In this document: in pieces, positions 18,618-28,646 of the stretch | Layout of the letters: the number at the start of each line of letters is the position of its first letter | Numbering within the stretch: position 1 is the first letter of the stretch | From: an uncultured virus (IMG/VR IMGVR_UViG_3300025270_001776) | Taxonomy: Duplodnaviria > Heunggongvirae > Uroviricota > Caudoviricetes | DNA length: 64,000 nt | Strand: one strand, 5' to 3' | Virus record (IMG/VR): IMGVR_UViG_3300025270_001776 | The notes under the pieces: model-generated | Database searches by the model: none | What the model saw: the letters and a program-made list of their open reading frames with translations, nothing else | What the model was told of the DNA's origin: nothing | Position numbers and translations under genes: made by a program

Positions 18618-18801
18618 TCAATATAGATTGGGATAATCTGTACAAATTCCATAACAATCAAAAGGTTCTTTACCCCAGTCGGACGCAAACTTTCCGTTAT
18701 TCGGTTTACCAAAAACAACTACAACTGAGCTAGGAGTTTGTTCCTTCTTTAACCATATGGAAGCTCCTAATTTGTCCAGACAAACACAAAGCTGTTTTCA
18801 T
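18618..18801 (-). pseudogene. Chimeric gene remnant (N-terminus of one gene joined out of frame to the C-terminus of another)
   Basis: ATG at 18801 coupled to the upstream TAA gives MKTALCLSGQIRSFHMVKEGTNS* (stop 18730-18732); a shifted frame reads KEQTPSSVVVVFGKP...CYGICTDYPNLY* ending at 18618. Confidence 0.55.
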
Positions 18802-19697
18802 TATACAAACCTTTCAAGCGTTTGAACAAGCTGGGTAGCTCTCATTTTTGTAGTTCCATTCTGTAATAACCACTCACGCTGTTTACAAACCATATCTATA
18901 TATTCTTTGGTTGGTGAGTTCTTCACCAAAAGTCTATTGATAAGTTTTTCTAGCTCATCAAGACTACTATAGGAAAAACAAGGTAAATTTTGTGGAGCAC
19001 ACAAAGGTGGCTTTTGATCATAATCCCTAAACAATAGACAAGCTCCACTAGCTAATATTTCATAATGACGCAGGGAGTCCCACCCTCCTTTCTTGCATGT
19101 TAAGCCAAACCAAGACGATGCCATATCATTATAATAGTTGGTTTCGTCGCTAAAAACATAAAATTGTCGGGCTGCTGGTCCTAAAATTTGGGGACCAAAT
19201 ACAGCGTAAGGAGGAGCTGTTTTTTGTATAACTTGCTGTTTATTATTAAATAACATTGGACGAATTCGGTGAGAAGGAATACCAAATCCGGTGGGATATA
19301 CATCTTCAGACTCTTTAAATAATTCTCTTTTAAAACAAGGGATTTTAGAAATTGTATTGTGGTCATGACCATCTAAATACCAAACACCATGTTTAGCAAG
19401 ACTGTCTATTTCTGGTATATTTGTTACCCCGTAAGCATCTGTTACCCCATATAATACAAAGTCTACCTCGTCTACTTTTCGATTAGAAACCTCTTCAATA
19501 GGATATGTTAACAAGCTAAATCCCCAACCATGAAGCTCGTTCTTAGGAGATTCAGAAAAATCTCCATACATAATTTTTTTTCTAGGAAAGTCTATACAAT
19601 CATCACCTAAAACCTCTCGTAAGCCATGCAGCATAGACACTTCTTGATAGTCTCCTTCAGATGAAGTAACGTATAATATATTCATTAGTCTTTCCAT
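18801..19697 (-). CDS. Glycosyltransferase-like protein
   Basis: DYQ..LHGLR, LDGHD, FKRE, KKGGWDSLRHYEILASG. Confidence 0.7.
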   Translation of the reverse strand: MERLMNILYVTSSEGDYQEVSMLHGLREVLGDDCIDFPRKKIMYGDFSESPKNELHGWGFSLLTYPIEEVSNRKVDEVDFVLYGVTDAYGVTNIPEIDSLAKHGVWYLDGHDHNTISKIPCFKRELFKESEDVYPTGFGIPSHRIRPMLFNNKQQVIQKTAPPYAVFGPQILGPAARQFYVFSDETNYYNDMASSWFGLTCKKGGWDSLRHYEILASGACLLFRDYDQKPPLCAPQNLPCFSYSSLDELEKLINRLLVKNSPTKEYIDMVCKQREWLLQNGTTKMRATQLVQTLERFV

Positions 19698-20551
19698 TCG
19701 TTGAGTTTATCTAGTATCCTATCATAACATCCTTCATAAGAGTAATATTTTTTATATACCTTTCTACCTGCGTCACGCATATCATTTATTTTGTTTTGAC
19801 TCATCATACTTAAATATCCATATAGATGTCTAAGCTTTTTAGCACTACACAATACACCATACGACTCAAAATCCACCATATCATGAAAAGGTATCCAAGG
19901 CTCATCGTATATATAAACAGGAATTGTACCATAATTAAGAGCCTCACATATTCTAAAAGATGTTTTTCCGTACCCTCTAGGGCATAAAGCAAATATAGAA
20001 CTTTTCATCGCAATTTCAAAACCTGTGACACCCATCCATTCACTGATAAAAATATCGTCGTATTCATGAAAATAATATTGCATTTTTTGCCTAATTACGT
20101 GTCGCCCCTTAATGGCTCCTACAAAACTACAAAGCAACTCTCGTTGAGGTTTGATAAAAACTGTGTTTGGTCGTGGCATACAATTTAATGGGTATGCATA
20201 ATCTCCCATGCCACCACTAGCAAATGAATATAGATCTAAGTTTTTAACATTATGAAGAATGCCGTCGTCCCACTGAACTACAGTAAAATATTCTTTGTCT
20301 TTATCTAGAGAGTCAAGATATAGCTGTAGGTCTGACATATCGTCTTTGCCATAGTTTTTAGCAACATAATAATTAGTCCAGCAGACGGGAAGATACTCTT
20401 TACAAGTGTCTGGACGTTCTTTACTAAATCTATTATAAAAATATTCTTCAAAGATTGTAGTATTATAAGGAGGGTTCTCATGATTAGTGGGAATTGCAAA
20501 ATCAGGCATCATATTAAGTCTCCCACGTAATACTTTGAGGTCGGCTGCCAA
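19685..20551 (-). CDS. Exostosin/GT47-like glycosyltransferase
   Basis: LCSFVG, SIFALCPRGYGKTSFRICEALNYGTIPVYI. Confidence 0.8.
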   Translation of the reverse strand: MAADLKVLRGRLNMMPDFAIPTNHENPPYNTTIFEEYFYNRFSKERPDTCKEYLPVCWTNYYVAKNYGKDDMSDLQLYLDSLDKDKEYFTVVQWDDGILHNVKNLDLYSFASGGMGDYAYPLNCMPRPNTVFIKPQRELLCSFVGAIKGRHVIRQKMQYYFHEYDDIFISEWMGVTGFEIAMKSSIFALCPRGYGKTSFRICEALNYGTIPVYIYDEPWIPFHDMVDFESYGVLCSAKKLRHLYGYLSMMSQNKINDMRDAGRKVYKKYYSYEGCYDRILDKLNEWKD

Positions 20552-21384
20552 CTAGCGTGCCACAAATGGCACGCATAACTCCAAGGTTTTAGATAAGATT
20601 TAATGAGTTCTTCCGTTGCTTCATCTCTATATCTAGCTGGAAATGGATGAAAGGATTGAGAAGGAAAAATAAGAATATTGTCTAGGGCAGTCCATGACCA
20701 TGATCTTATGTAGTTTATAATACTTTCAGTAAGTACCCACGGACCAGTTTGATAAAGCACCTTAGTTTGATCGCAGGCAATATTCCATGGATTTTCTAGT
20801 GTACAACGCTCAATACACAAGTCTAGAATGGGATGGTCAATAGAAGATGCCATAATACCATTATTCATTTGTACTGATCTCTCCAAACATATACCCGCAT
20901 AAAAAGAACACTTGTCATGAATACTAGTAAACTCTGATGAGAGACATAGAAAGTCTACGTCCACATATAGGCCTCCATATTTTTTTAATATCTCATACCT
21001 CAATATATCCGATTTGTTACCCCAACTAGGAGAGGCCAAATATAGGGTCTTAGTCTTCATTTCTGGCAAAAATTCTTCTACCTCTTCATTGCCCCATGTT
21101 TTCACTTCAAAGTCTGGATTTTTATTCTTCCAGTCTTCTATATTTTTAGCATACCATTCTGGCATTGGCGCACCAAGCCATATAAAATGTATAATTTTTG
21201 GTATAGGATTATCATGTGTGGTTTGGTCTATATTTTTTTCATAGATTTTTTTAATAAGAAGCCAATTGGCATTCTTTTCTGCGTAATTCCTATCAAATAG
21301 AGACGTTTCTATTTCACACATATCAAAAAAATTCATTGGGCGTCCTTCATATAAAAGGCGTCTCCCCAGCTTTCTGATTGCCAC
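20509..21384 (-). CDS. GT32 (OCH1-like, DxD) glycosyltransferase
   Basis: IPKIIHFIWLG, SDILRYEILKKYGGLYVDVD, TGP. Confidence 0.88.
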   Translation of the reverse strand: MAIRKLGRRLLYEGRPMNFFDMCEIETSLFDRNYAEKNANWLLIKKIYEKNIDQTTHDNPIPKIIHFIWLGAPMPEWYAKNIEDWKNKNPDFEVKTWGNEEVEEFLPEMKTKTLYLASPSWGNKSDILRYEILKKYGGLYVDVDFLCLSSEFTSIHDKCSFYAGICLERSVQMNNGIMASSIDHPILDLCIERCTLENPWNIACDQTKVLYQTGPWVLTESIINYIRSWSWTALDNILIFPSQSFHPFPARYRDEATEELIKSYLKPWSYACHLWHASWQPTSKYYVGDLI

Positions 21385-22022
21385 GCTACAAGCTCTCTAG
21401 TAAAGCCAAAACCTTGGAGGTAATTATCAATATCTCCGATAAGAGGACACTGGGCATATACTTCATCTCTGTTCACTTCCGCTATAATATAATCTATATG
21501 TTTCAATGATTTTTCTGCGCCTTTAAAAACTTCTAGTTCATATCCTTGTACGTCCACATTAATAAAATTATATTCTTTGATATCAATATCAAAAGTAGAA
21601 ATAAAATTATCTAACTTATAAACTTCCACTGACTCTTTTTTCACAAATTTTACATTAGGGTGTTCAATAAGATGTTTCTTGGGTTTCAGTAATGAACTGG
21701 ATGCTCCTGACCCATTTTTAATTCCTCCCTCTGTATGAGATATATACATGTCCATTAACTGATCATTTACATTACCAAGAGCTACGTTATGCACGTTTTC
21801 AGCAGCTATACATTTATTCTTTACTATTCTAAACAGGTCTTTTTGTGGCTCAAACAATACAGTATTAGATAGACCTACGGTCCTATAAAGTTCCAGCTCC
21901 TCTCCGGTATATGCTCCTATGTGGAGAACACCCTTAATCTGCATATTATATTTATTAATTAAGGCAACCAAATTAAAAATCATATTAGACCCTTCAATAT
22001 ATCTAATTCTTGGTGTGGGCAT
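21333..22022 (-). CDS. FkbM family methyltransferase
   Basis: LHIGAYTG, FEP, NVDVQGYELEVFKGA, WGDAFY. Confidence 0.88.
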   Translation of the reverse strand: MPTPRIRYIEGSNMIFNLVALINKYNMQIKGVLHIGAYTGEELELYRTVGLSNTVLFEPQKDLFRIVKNKCIAAENVHNVALGNVNDQLMDMYISHTEGGIKNGSGASSSLLKPKKHLIEHPNVKFVKKESVEVYKLDNFISTFDIDIKEYNFINVDVQGYELEVFKGAEKSLKHIDYIIAEVNRDEVYAQCPLIGDIDNYLQGFGFTRELVAWQSESWGDAFYMKDAQ

Positions 22023-22873
22023 ACAATCTCTGGAAAATCAATATGATCAAGATTGATTCTGTAGCCACCTAAAAACTTTTCATTTAAAAATTGTGCATCA
22101 TAAGAAAATTCGTCACCGTGTCGGTTTTTAATTGTGTTTTGTACTCTATTGTTTGGACTATTTACTACACAGCTAGTCTTAAGGGACGCCATAAGGGGAG
22201 GAATATCAAACCAGAATCTCTGTAGTTTTGCTTCAAATTCATTGGGAGTTTGTTTCCACTCAAAAGCACCACTATTATTCAATATATTCAATTCTTTAGC
22301 GAACCGTCTAGCGTCTTGCTTTCTAAAAATGTGACCATCCACTGACAGGGGATATGACCAATAACCACCCACCGGAATTGTAGTACGATTCCATGTTAAA
22401 AAGGGATCATTTCGTTCTCGAAGAGGTATACAATCATCCCGTAACACCCCATCCCCATAGTCTCGTTTACGAATATTACTTCCTAGCCTTAGAGATAGAC
22501 ACGAACATGGATTGTGAAATAATCCATCTAAAACGCTTGCGCTAAATGCCACAGAGCTATAAACAATATCATCATCCGTTAAAAAACAAATATATTCCTG
22601 ACAAGCGTGGGAAATTGTTTTTTCTATATCACCAAATAAACCTCCACTATCTTCCTCGTTTTGTAATATAAAATTTGTATCAAGACATTCTTTCTGTAAA
22701 ATCTGATAAGATTGCACATGTTCCGTAGATGCCTGAAATATAACTAATATTTCAGACACTTGTTTAAAATTTCTTTGTATACTATTTAGTGTAAGATCTA
22801 GCTGAAGGGCTCTATCTTTACTAAACACGATTGCGGAAATCATACCACCATTCCAATGTTTTTTTGAGGCCAT
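21980..22873 (-). CDS. Glycosyltransferase family 2-like protein
   Basis: IVFSKDRALQL, FLTDDD, YPLSVDGHIF. Confidence 0.7.
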   Translation of the reverse strand: MASKKHWNGGMISAIVFSKDRALQLDLTLNSIQRNFKQVSEILVIFQASTEHVQSYQILQKECLDTNFILQNEEDSGGLFGDIEKTISHACQEYICFLTDDDIVYSSVAFSASVLDGLFHNPCSCLSLRLGSNIRKRDYGDGVLRDDCIPLRERNDPFLTWNRTTIPVGGYWSYPLSVDGHIFRKQDARRFAKELNILNNSGAFEWKQTPNEFEAKLQRFWFDIPPLMASLKTSCVVNSPNNRVQNTIKNRHGDEFSYDAQFLNEKFLGGYRINLDHIDFPEIVCPHQELDILKGLI

Positions 22874-23765
22874 CTTCTAAATTTATTTGTGGTTCATATC
22901 CTAATAGTCTTTTTGATCTTGATATATCTAAGCATCTTCTAGGTTGGCCGTCTGGCTTAGAAGTGTCCCATTCTATTTTTCCCTTATATCCCATAAGGTC
23001 ACACAGGAGGTGTATCAAATCAGATATTTTGATTTCTTGTCCAGTACCTACATTGATTGGATCGGCACCAAGCTGTTCATTATCTATAGATAATCTTATT
23101 GCCTGCGCGCAATCATAAACGTATAAAAACTCACGAGAAGCATCACCAGTGCCCCAACATACAACAGAGTCTTTGTTTCCATCTATAGCCTCTTGGATTT
23201 TCAGAATTAGAGCAGGAATCACATGGCTGCTTTTTGGATCAAAATTATCGTATGGTCCGTACATATTAACAGGCACAAGATTCACCGAGTTAAAATTATA
23301 TTGTTTATTATAAGCAATTAAAAGCTCCATCAGGGTTTTTTTGGCTATTCCGTAGGGGGCATTTGTCTCTTCTGGATATCCATTCCATAAATCATCCTCA
23401 TTAAAGGGAACAGGAGTAAATTTGGGATATTCGCATACAGTACCCACCATAACAAATCTTTTAAGTTTACCATATTTTCTACAAGATTCAATCAAATTTA
23501 CACCCATAGCCAAATTTTCATACATAAAAAGTCCCGGATTGTCTTTATTAGCCCCAATTCCCCCCACTCTTGCTGCCAAATGTACAACATAATCTGGTCT
23601 AAATTCTGACAATAAATAGTCTACCTGTTTCTGTTTGGTTAAATCCCACTTGGACTTTCCAGCCAAAGGTATTACATCTGTAAATCCATTACTTATTAGA
23701 TCATCACAAACGGCTTTCCCTAAAAATCCATATGCTCCAGTAACTAAGATTCTATCTTGTTGCAT
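22821..23765 (-). CDS. fcl: GDP-L-fucose synthase
   Basis: HLAARVGGIGAN, YPEETNAPYGIAK, NMYGPYDNF..SSHVIPALI, WGTGDASREFLYV, KPDGQPRR. Confidence 0.93.
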   Translation of the reverse strand: MQQDRILVTGAYGFLGKAVCDDLISNGFTDVIPLAGKSKWDLTKQKQVDYLLSEFRPDYVVHLAARVGGIGANKDNPGLFMYENLAMGVNLIESCRKYGKLKRFVMVGTVCEYPKFTPVPFNEDDLWNGYPEETNAPYGIAKKTLMELLIAYNKQYNFNSVNLVPVNMYGPYDNFDPKSSHVIPALILKIQEAIDGNKDSVVCWGTGDASREFLYVYDCAQAIRLSIDNEQLGADPINVGTGQEIKISDLIHLLCDLMGYKGKIEWDTSKPDGQPRRCLDISRSKRLLGYEPQINLEDGLKKTLEWWYDFRNRV

Positions 23766-24813
23766 TTAATTCCTCTTTGGTACGATTCCATTTGTTAATG
23801 ATATCATTAGCTTCTTCAGTATATCCAAATGCTTCCAATATACTACTAATTCTATGAAAGTTTGTATGGCCATCCAACAATATTGCTTTACCTTTTTTGG
23901 CTAAGTCATTTTTTTCATTTTCGTTTTGAAGATAATAGGCTATCTTATCAGTAAACTCTGCACGAGAACGAGCAGTAGGAACCGTGTCTCCAAAAATTTT
24001 ATTTATAGATTCAACATGATCAGAAACACAAAATCCTCCCGCGCATAAAATTTTAAACACTCTTTCGTTTACATCGAATCCAAACTCTTGAGCATGAGGC
24101 TCACTAAGATTGGGAGATATTTTTGCAGAAGCGAATAAGTTTTTAACATCGGAATCATCTATAACTCCGCAATACTGGTTTACACCACTCCAAGGTTGAT
24201 TTCCAAATATTTTAATATTGTAATAGCCTACTGGAAAACACAAGGGTAATAAATACTGATCAATTACTAACGACTTGTATGGCCAGTAGCCACCCACAAA
24301 ACCAATATCACATGCAAGATGGTCTTGGAAAAAAGAATAATAGTATTCATCAATATCAGCGCACATCATCAATGATAAGGTGTCTATATCTAAGTTGTCT
24401 TTCCAGTGGTTATGCGTAGTGTTCATAGCGTCTTGATCATAGTGTATATGAACAAAGTCTGGCTTTCCTGTTTCTTCTTTTAGTTTTTCTAACGCTTCCT
24501 TTTCTTGATCCGTAGCATATAATATATTAAATTGCGATTTATCTACTTGTTTTTCATGATCGCCCCAATCGCCAGCTCGCAGTCCCACTTTTAAGTGTGG
24601 TCTTTCGTATATACATTTAATCAAAGAGGGTGTAAGATTATATGCTTGGCCCATAAATATATCCGGCTCAAAAGAATCAAAAGCATCAAAGGGTGATACG
24701 GCTTTACAGTCCCATATTGATGCCTCTATTCCTATGGTCCGAAAAGCCTTTAGCCATGCCATTCTTTGATAGAAATGGGCGTGTCTTCCATCACTTGATA
24801 TTAAAATTCTCAT
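23752..24813 (-). CDS. Glycosyltransferase (CgeB/GT-B-like)
   Basis: DIGFVGG, NERVFKILCAGGFCVSD, HTNFHR. Confidence 0.75.
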   Translation of the reverse strand: MRILISSDGRHAHFYQRMAWLKAFRTIGIEASIWDCKAVSPFDAFDSFEPDIFMGQAYNLTPSLIKCIYERPHLKVGLRAGDWGDHEKQVDKSQFNILYATDQEKEALEKLKEETGKPDFVHIHYDQDAMNTTHNHWKDNLDIDTLSLMMCADIDEYYYSFFQDHLACDIGFVGGYWPYKSLVIDQYLLPLCFPVGYYNIKIFGNQPWSGVNQYCGVIDDSDVKNLFASAKISPNLSEPHAQEFGFDVNERVFKILCAGGFCVSDHVESINKIFGDTVPTARSRAEFTDKIAYYLQNENEKNDLAKKGKAILLDGHTNFHRISSILEAFGYTEEANDIINKWNRTKEELNATR

Positions 24814-25507
24814 TCGATAGATCCCTCATACAATCAATTTCTAATATGGACATATTATCCGGTTCATAACAAATAAAACTTCCACCTTTTGATATTATCA
24901 AATTTATTATTTCAAATAGTAACATTTTTTTTATGGTTTCATTTCCTCTCAAGTACAGATTTTTAATTGCTTCAAATTCTTTTCCAGTAATATAAGCCAT
25001 CTGACACCACTTAGTAGATAATCCATATGATAAGATGGTGGCACGTTTATTAACAACCGTCAATCCCACCTCTTTACTGCTGATTTGGTTTTTATTATCA
25101 ATTATTAAAAATGACCTATCATACTTAAGTTCGCTAAGAGTATTTAAATTGAAGTAAAGATCTCCATGAAAAAAAAACATACTGTTACTAGTTGTGTTGT
25201 TGATAGCTAATCTTAAGCTTTCAGAAGAAGTTGTTTGATCGTATATCTGATTTTCTACTATCCTTACTTTATTTTTGGTTTTTCTTATAATTCTATTTGT
25301 AGAATATCCAGTGACTAATATAATATCAGGATGACAAAAGGCATTTTCAAGAACTGATATTTGATGTTCTATTAATGTTCTGGTCCCTATTTTAATGAGA
25401 CTTCTAGGCTCATATGATTTAATTCTTTTACCTACTCCAGCAGATAAGATAGCAACACACACGGAGCCGTTTGATTCTTTTTTTATTTTTTGTGTAAATC
25501 TGCTCAT
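24791..25507 (-). CDS. Sugar/choline-phosphate nucleotidyltransferase-like (LicC/MobA-like)
   Basis: ILSAGVGKRIKS..PRSL, HGDL, EID. Confidence 0.75.
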   Translation of the reverse strand: MSRFTQKIKKESNGSVCVAILSAGVGKRIKSYEPRSLIKIGTRTLIEHQISVLENAFCHPDIILVTGYSTNRIIRKTKNKVRIVENQIYDQTTSSESLRLAINNTTSNSMFFFHGDLYFNLNTLSELKYDRSFLIIDNKNQISSKEVGLTVVNKRATILSYGLSTKWCQMAYITGKEFEAIKNLYLRGNETIKKMLLFEIINLIISKGGSFICYEPDNMSILEIDCMRDLSNENFNIK

Positions 25508-26334
25508 CGCGCTCTTATAGATGCAACATTGTTTTGGAAAACTTCATTAGTCATTTTCATCGACTGGTTTTGTCCGGTTTCTCGTACAATAGAAAGCGGA
25601 TCAGGAACATGAACGATCATACATATATTTGAAAGTCTTAGCCATAGATCATAATCTTCGATACAACCTATAAAACCTTTACTAGCTGGCCCATGTAATT
25701 GGCTATCAAAAAATTCACCATTTTTCAATATTATATGTTCTAAAAAATCCTTCTTAATTAGGGAGCCGCTATGTACTATGCACCCATTTTCTAATGCTCT
25801 TTTATCGTATGGTAATTTATATTCATGTTTAATATAATTAGTATGCCCATATGTTCTGTGTGTTTCATAGTCACCATACGCAACTCCTACCTGACTATCA
25901 TCAAGCAGTTTTTGTATCAAAACTTCTACTTTTTGAGGCTTGTACATGTCGTCGGCGTCTAAAATACCAAATATTTCGGCCCACTCCCACGCTTCCCACA
26001 TAGCTATATTTCTTGCGGTACTTGCTCCAGAATTGTTTGTTTTATATGCATACAGATTATCTTTTTGTCTTCTTTCTATTGGCCCCGTGTAATAAGGAGT
26101 GTTCATTTCTTCGGCAGAGATTTCATCTGTTATTGATGATATTTTATCCCATGAATCGTCAGATGATCCATCTTCCAACACATACACACGTATATTTGGA
26201 TAGGTCTGATTTAATGCGCTATCAATAGCCCCTAAAACATACTCACCATAATTATAATTGCTGATGATGATGGCAACATTAGGATTCATTATCGTCGATC
26301 CATACCCGATCGCCTCGCGAAGCATAGTTTTCAT
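25504..26334 (-). CDS. Glycosyltransferase family 2
   Basis: IISNYNYG, EDGSSD, GASTARN, LDADD, EDYDLWLRL. Confidence 0.9.
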   Translation of the reverse strand: MKTMLREAIGYGSTIMNPNVAIIISNYNYGEYVLGAIDSALNQTYPNIRVYVLEDGSSDDSWDKISSITDEISAEEMNTPYYTGPIERRQKDNLYAYKTNNSGASTARNIAMWEAWEWAEIFGILDADDMYKPQKVEVLIQKLLDDSQVGVAYGDYETHRTYGHTNYIKHEYKLPYDKRALENGCIVHSGSLIKKDFLEHIILKNGEFFDSQLHGPASKGFIGCIEDYDLWLRLSNICMIVHVPDPLSIVRETGQNQSMKMTNEVFQNNVASIRAR

Positions 26335-27118
26335 TAAATGTACTCCAAGTAATTATAGTATCTGGATCATCAGTAGGTACCTTTTTTAGTTTATCAATAA
26401 AAGTACCATCAGTATCTGTATCTGTTTTTGCAAAATTAAAAGCAGCAGCCTGAAAAATAAGTCCATTCATATCTTTATAAGGTTCTACTACAACCAACCT
26501 TTTCATGTCAATGTTTATACGGCGGTGTATTTTTTCCATTAATGTTCGTTCAATACTTTCTCCGCTAGTGGTGACATATATCCAACCATTTTTTGCGTGC
26601 CGAAAAGCACTCTCTATCATTAACCATGGGTCAGGCTGATACATGTTTAATACCATATTATATTCTGTTTCCTCAAACACAAAATGCTTCACAAAAAGAC
26701 TATGAATCTCTTGGTTATATTCTACTTTTTTATTACATACTACAACATATCTTGCCTTATGATCAAGTTGATGCTTTATATCTAATAGTGTACGCTCTAA
26801 GCTTTCTAAAGGATTTTGTGGTGTATCGTCAAAAAGAATAAAAAATCCTACTATAGGTTTGATTTCTGAAAATACAGTTTTTTTAAGGTTGGATTTTTCT
26901 TCCAGAGTGAGTTCTTTGATCCACGGTGTTGGCCTATAGGTATTACAAAATCTATTAGACACAAAATGCGTTTTGCCGTCTTCATTAGTTTCTACATGAT
27001 GATCAGGATTAATTTTGTCTACACGATCAATCTTACATCCAGATTGCACATATGCTCCTGATCCATGTACTATTTCTGCAAAAACACATTTATCGCAACT
27101 AAACTTCATTTCTACCAT
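26279..27118 (-). CDS. Hypothetical protein (Cys-containing N-terminus, GT-like C-terminus)
   Basis: CDKCVFA...C...FCNTYR; coupled ORF. Confidence 0.55.
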   Translation of the reverse strand: MVEMKFSCDKCVFAEIVHGSGAYVQSGCKIDRVDKINPDHHVETNEDGKTHFVSNRFCNTYRPTPWIKELTLEEKSNLKKTVFSEIKPIVGFFILFDDTPQNPLESLERTLLDIKHQLDHKARYVVVCNKKVEYNQEIHSLFVKHFVFEETEYNMVLNMYQPDPWLMIESAFRHAKNGWIYVTTSGESIERTLMEKIHRRINIDMKRLVVVEPYKDMNGLIFQAAAFNFAKTDTDTDGTFIDKLKKVPTDDPDTIITWSTFNENYASRGDRVWIDDNES

Positions 27119-27536
27119 TAGGTCGCCTCGCGGTTACAATGCATTGAAAATTATCGTTAGAAAAATCTTTAGACTCTATTTTTAGATAGTCAGACATTAA
27201 ATTGCAAATGTCTACCATATTAAATACCGAGGACTTAGAGTTGCCTGCAAATAAACATGTGTTTACATCATGAATACCGATTAAACCTTTGTTATACTGA
27301 TGGGACAATAGGTCAAAGTCTAGTTGATAAAATGTAATTTGTGAATCTATTCTCATTTTAGACATGATTTTTTTTATTACGTCCCCTATTTCTTCAAATT
27401 TGAAATTAGCTAAAATATTATCAACTATTATTTCTGTAGCCTCACAATCTTCCACCAAAAGATCCAAGGTATTTAAATCACTAATCCATGTATAAGAAGC
27501 GTCTGATGGTTGACTCTTAGATAAATAAATTCTCAT
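27099..27536 (-). CDS. Hypothetical protein, truncated methyltransferase-like fold
   Basis: Coupled ORF; layout resembles methyltransferase C-terminal halves. Confidence 0.45.
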   Translation of the reverse strand: MRIYLSKSQPSDASYTWISDLNTLDLLVEDCEATEIIVDNILANFKFEEIGDVIKKIMSKMRIDSQITFYQLDFDLLSHQYNKGLIGIHDVNTCLFAGNSKSSVFNMVDICNLMSDYLKIESKDFSNDNFQCIVTARRPNGRNEV

Positions 27537-27638
27537 TTTAATTCCTACCCTCTATTTCAGTATAGTGTACTTAATAATTTTATTTTCTTCGCGTAGTTGC
27601 TAGAATTGTCGCTGCTCTTTTAATCAGACAATTCACAT

Positions 27639-28646
27639 CTACCCATAGTTTTTAATAACACTTCGAAACATTGAGTTCCAAGAATTAATAAATTTACTCA
27701 AGTTAAAATCTTCTTCTATAGTCTTCCTAGCTGCGTCTCCCAATCTTTTGGCTTCATCGGGATCAAACAATAATCTTTCACAAAAAATCTTTAGTTCAAG
27801 GGGGTCATTGCTAAGTAAGCCATTTTTATTATGTGTGATTACATCTGGTATCATACAATTATTGGTACTAACTATAGCGCACCCACATGCCATAGCCTCC
27901 ATCAGTGCTGTGGGCACGGGAGAATGGAGGGATGTATTAAGGAACACTGCTGAAGTCTGATATCCTGTTCTCAGCTTTTGTAATGAAGATGCAGCCTCTG
28001 ACAAGCCGGGATTATTACCATATACTTTAACTGGAATACTGCTAGGTTTAACCACTTGATTCCATAAGTTCCATCCGCAGCACCAATCTCTATTAGGCCA
28101 GTCGTTTACCACCGATAAACAAACGGGATTTCTTTTTATTGTATCGTCTGGCTTCCAAAAATTACAATCAACGCCATGTTCTATCACGGAAGCACTATAT
28201 TCATTTTTCCCCCATGCATTACGATTATAAGCAGATATAAAACTTTCATGGGTCACTTCTATTTGGTTGAATCCTTGTATCTGCGAAGACATTTCGTATC
28301 TTATGTCTGGAAGGACATGAGTGTGGCGTATAATAGGTATATTCAAAAGATCTTGTAGTTGATAAGAAGTATTTATTCTGTTGCAGCTTGTATGGCATAA
28401 AACTAAATCAAAATTTATATGAAATGGAACTTCTGATATGGGAAAATAATTAGAAGGAATTTTGGCATAATCTGTGTTCCATAGTTTGCCTTCTTTAACA
28501 GAATAAAAATTATGTCCGGTTTGACAAAGATTCTGTTCATATCTTTCATGAGTACAAAATGTAAGTATATTTAAAGGATCGATATCTGACAGAGATGCTC
28601 TACGTAATATAGACTTTATGGATTGCGATGTAGCTTTAGCTGTCAT
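27639..28646 (-). CDS. Glycosyltransferase family 4
   Basis: IEHGVD, FLNTS..SPVPTALMEAMACG. Confidence 0.88.
   Translation of the reverse strand: MTAKATSQSIKSILRRASLSDIDPLNILTFCTHERYEQNLCQTGHNFYSVKEGKLWNTDYAKIPSNYFPISEVPFHINFDLVLCHTSCNRINTSYQLQDLLNIPIIRHTHVLPDIRYEMSSQIQGFNQIEVTHESFISAYNRNAWGKNEYSASVIEHGVDCNFWKPDDTIKRNPVCLSVVNDWPNRDWCCGWNLWNQVVKPSSIPVKVYGNNPGLSEAASSLQKLRTGYQTSAVFLNTSLHSPVPTALMEAMACGCAIVSTNNCMIPDVITHNKNGLLSNDPLELKIFCERLLFDPDEAKRLGDAARKTIEEDFNLSKFINSWNSMFRSVIKNYG

Noticed and set aside
27537..27638. 100-nt gap in the glycan island as a possible small gene or RNA
   Set aside because: Only very short frames and no convincing stem; at most a promoter-containing spacer
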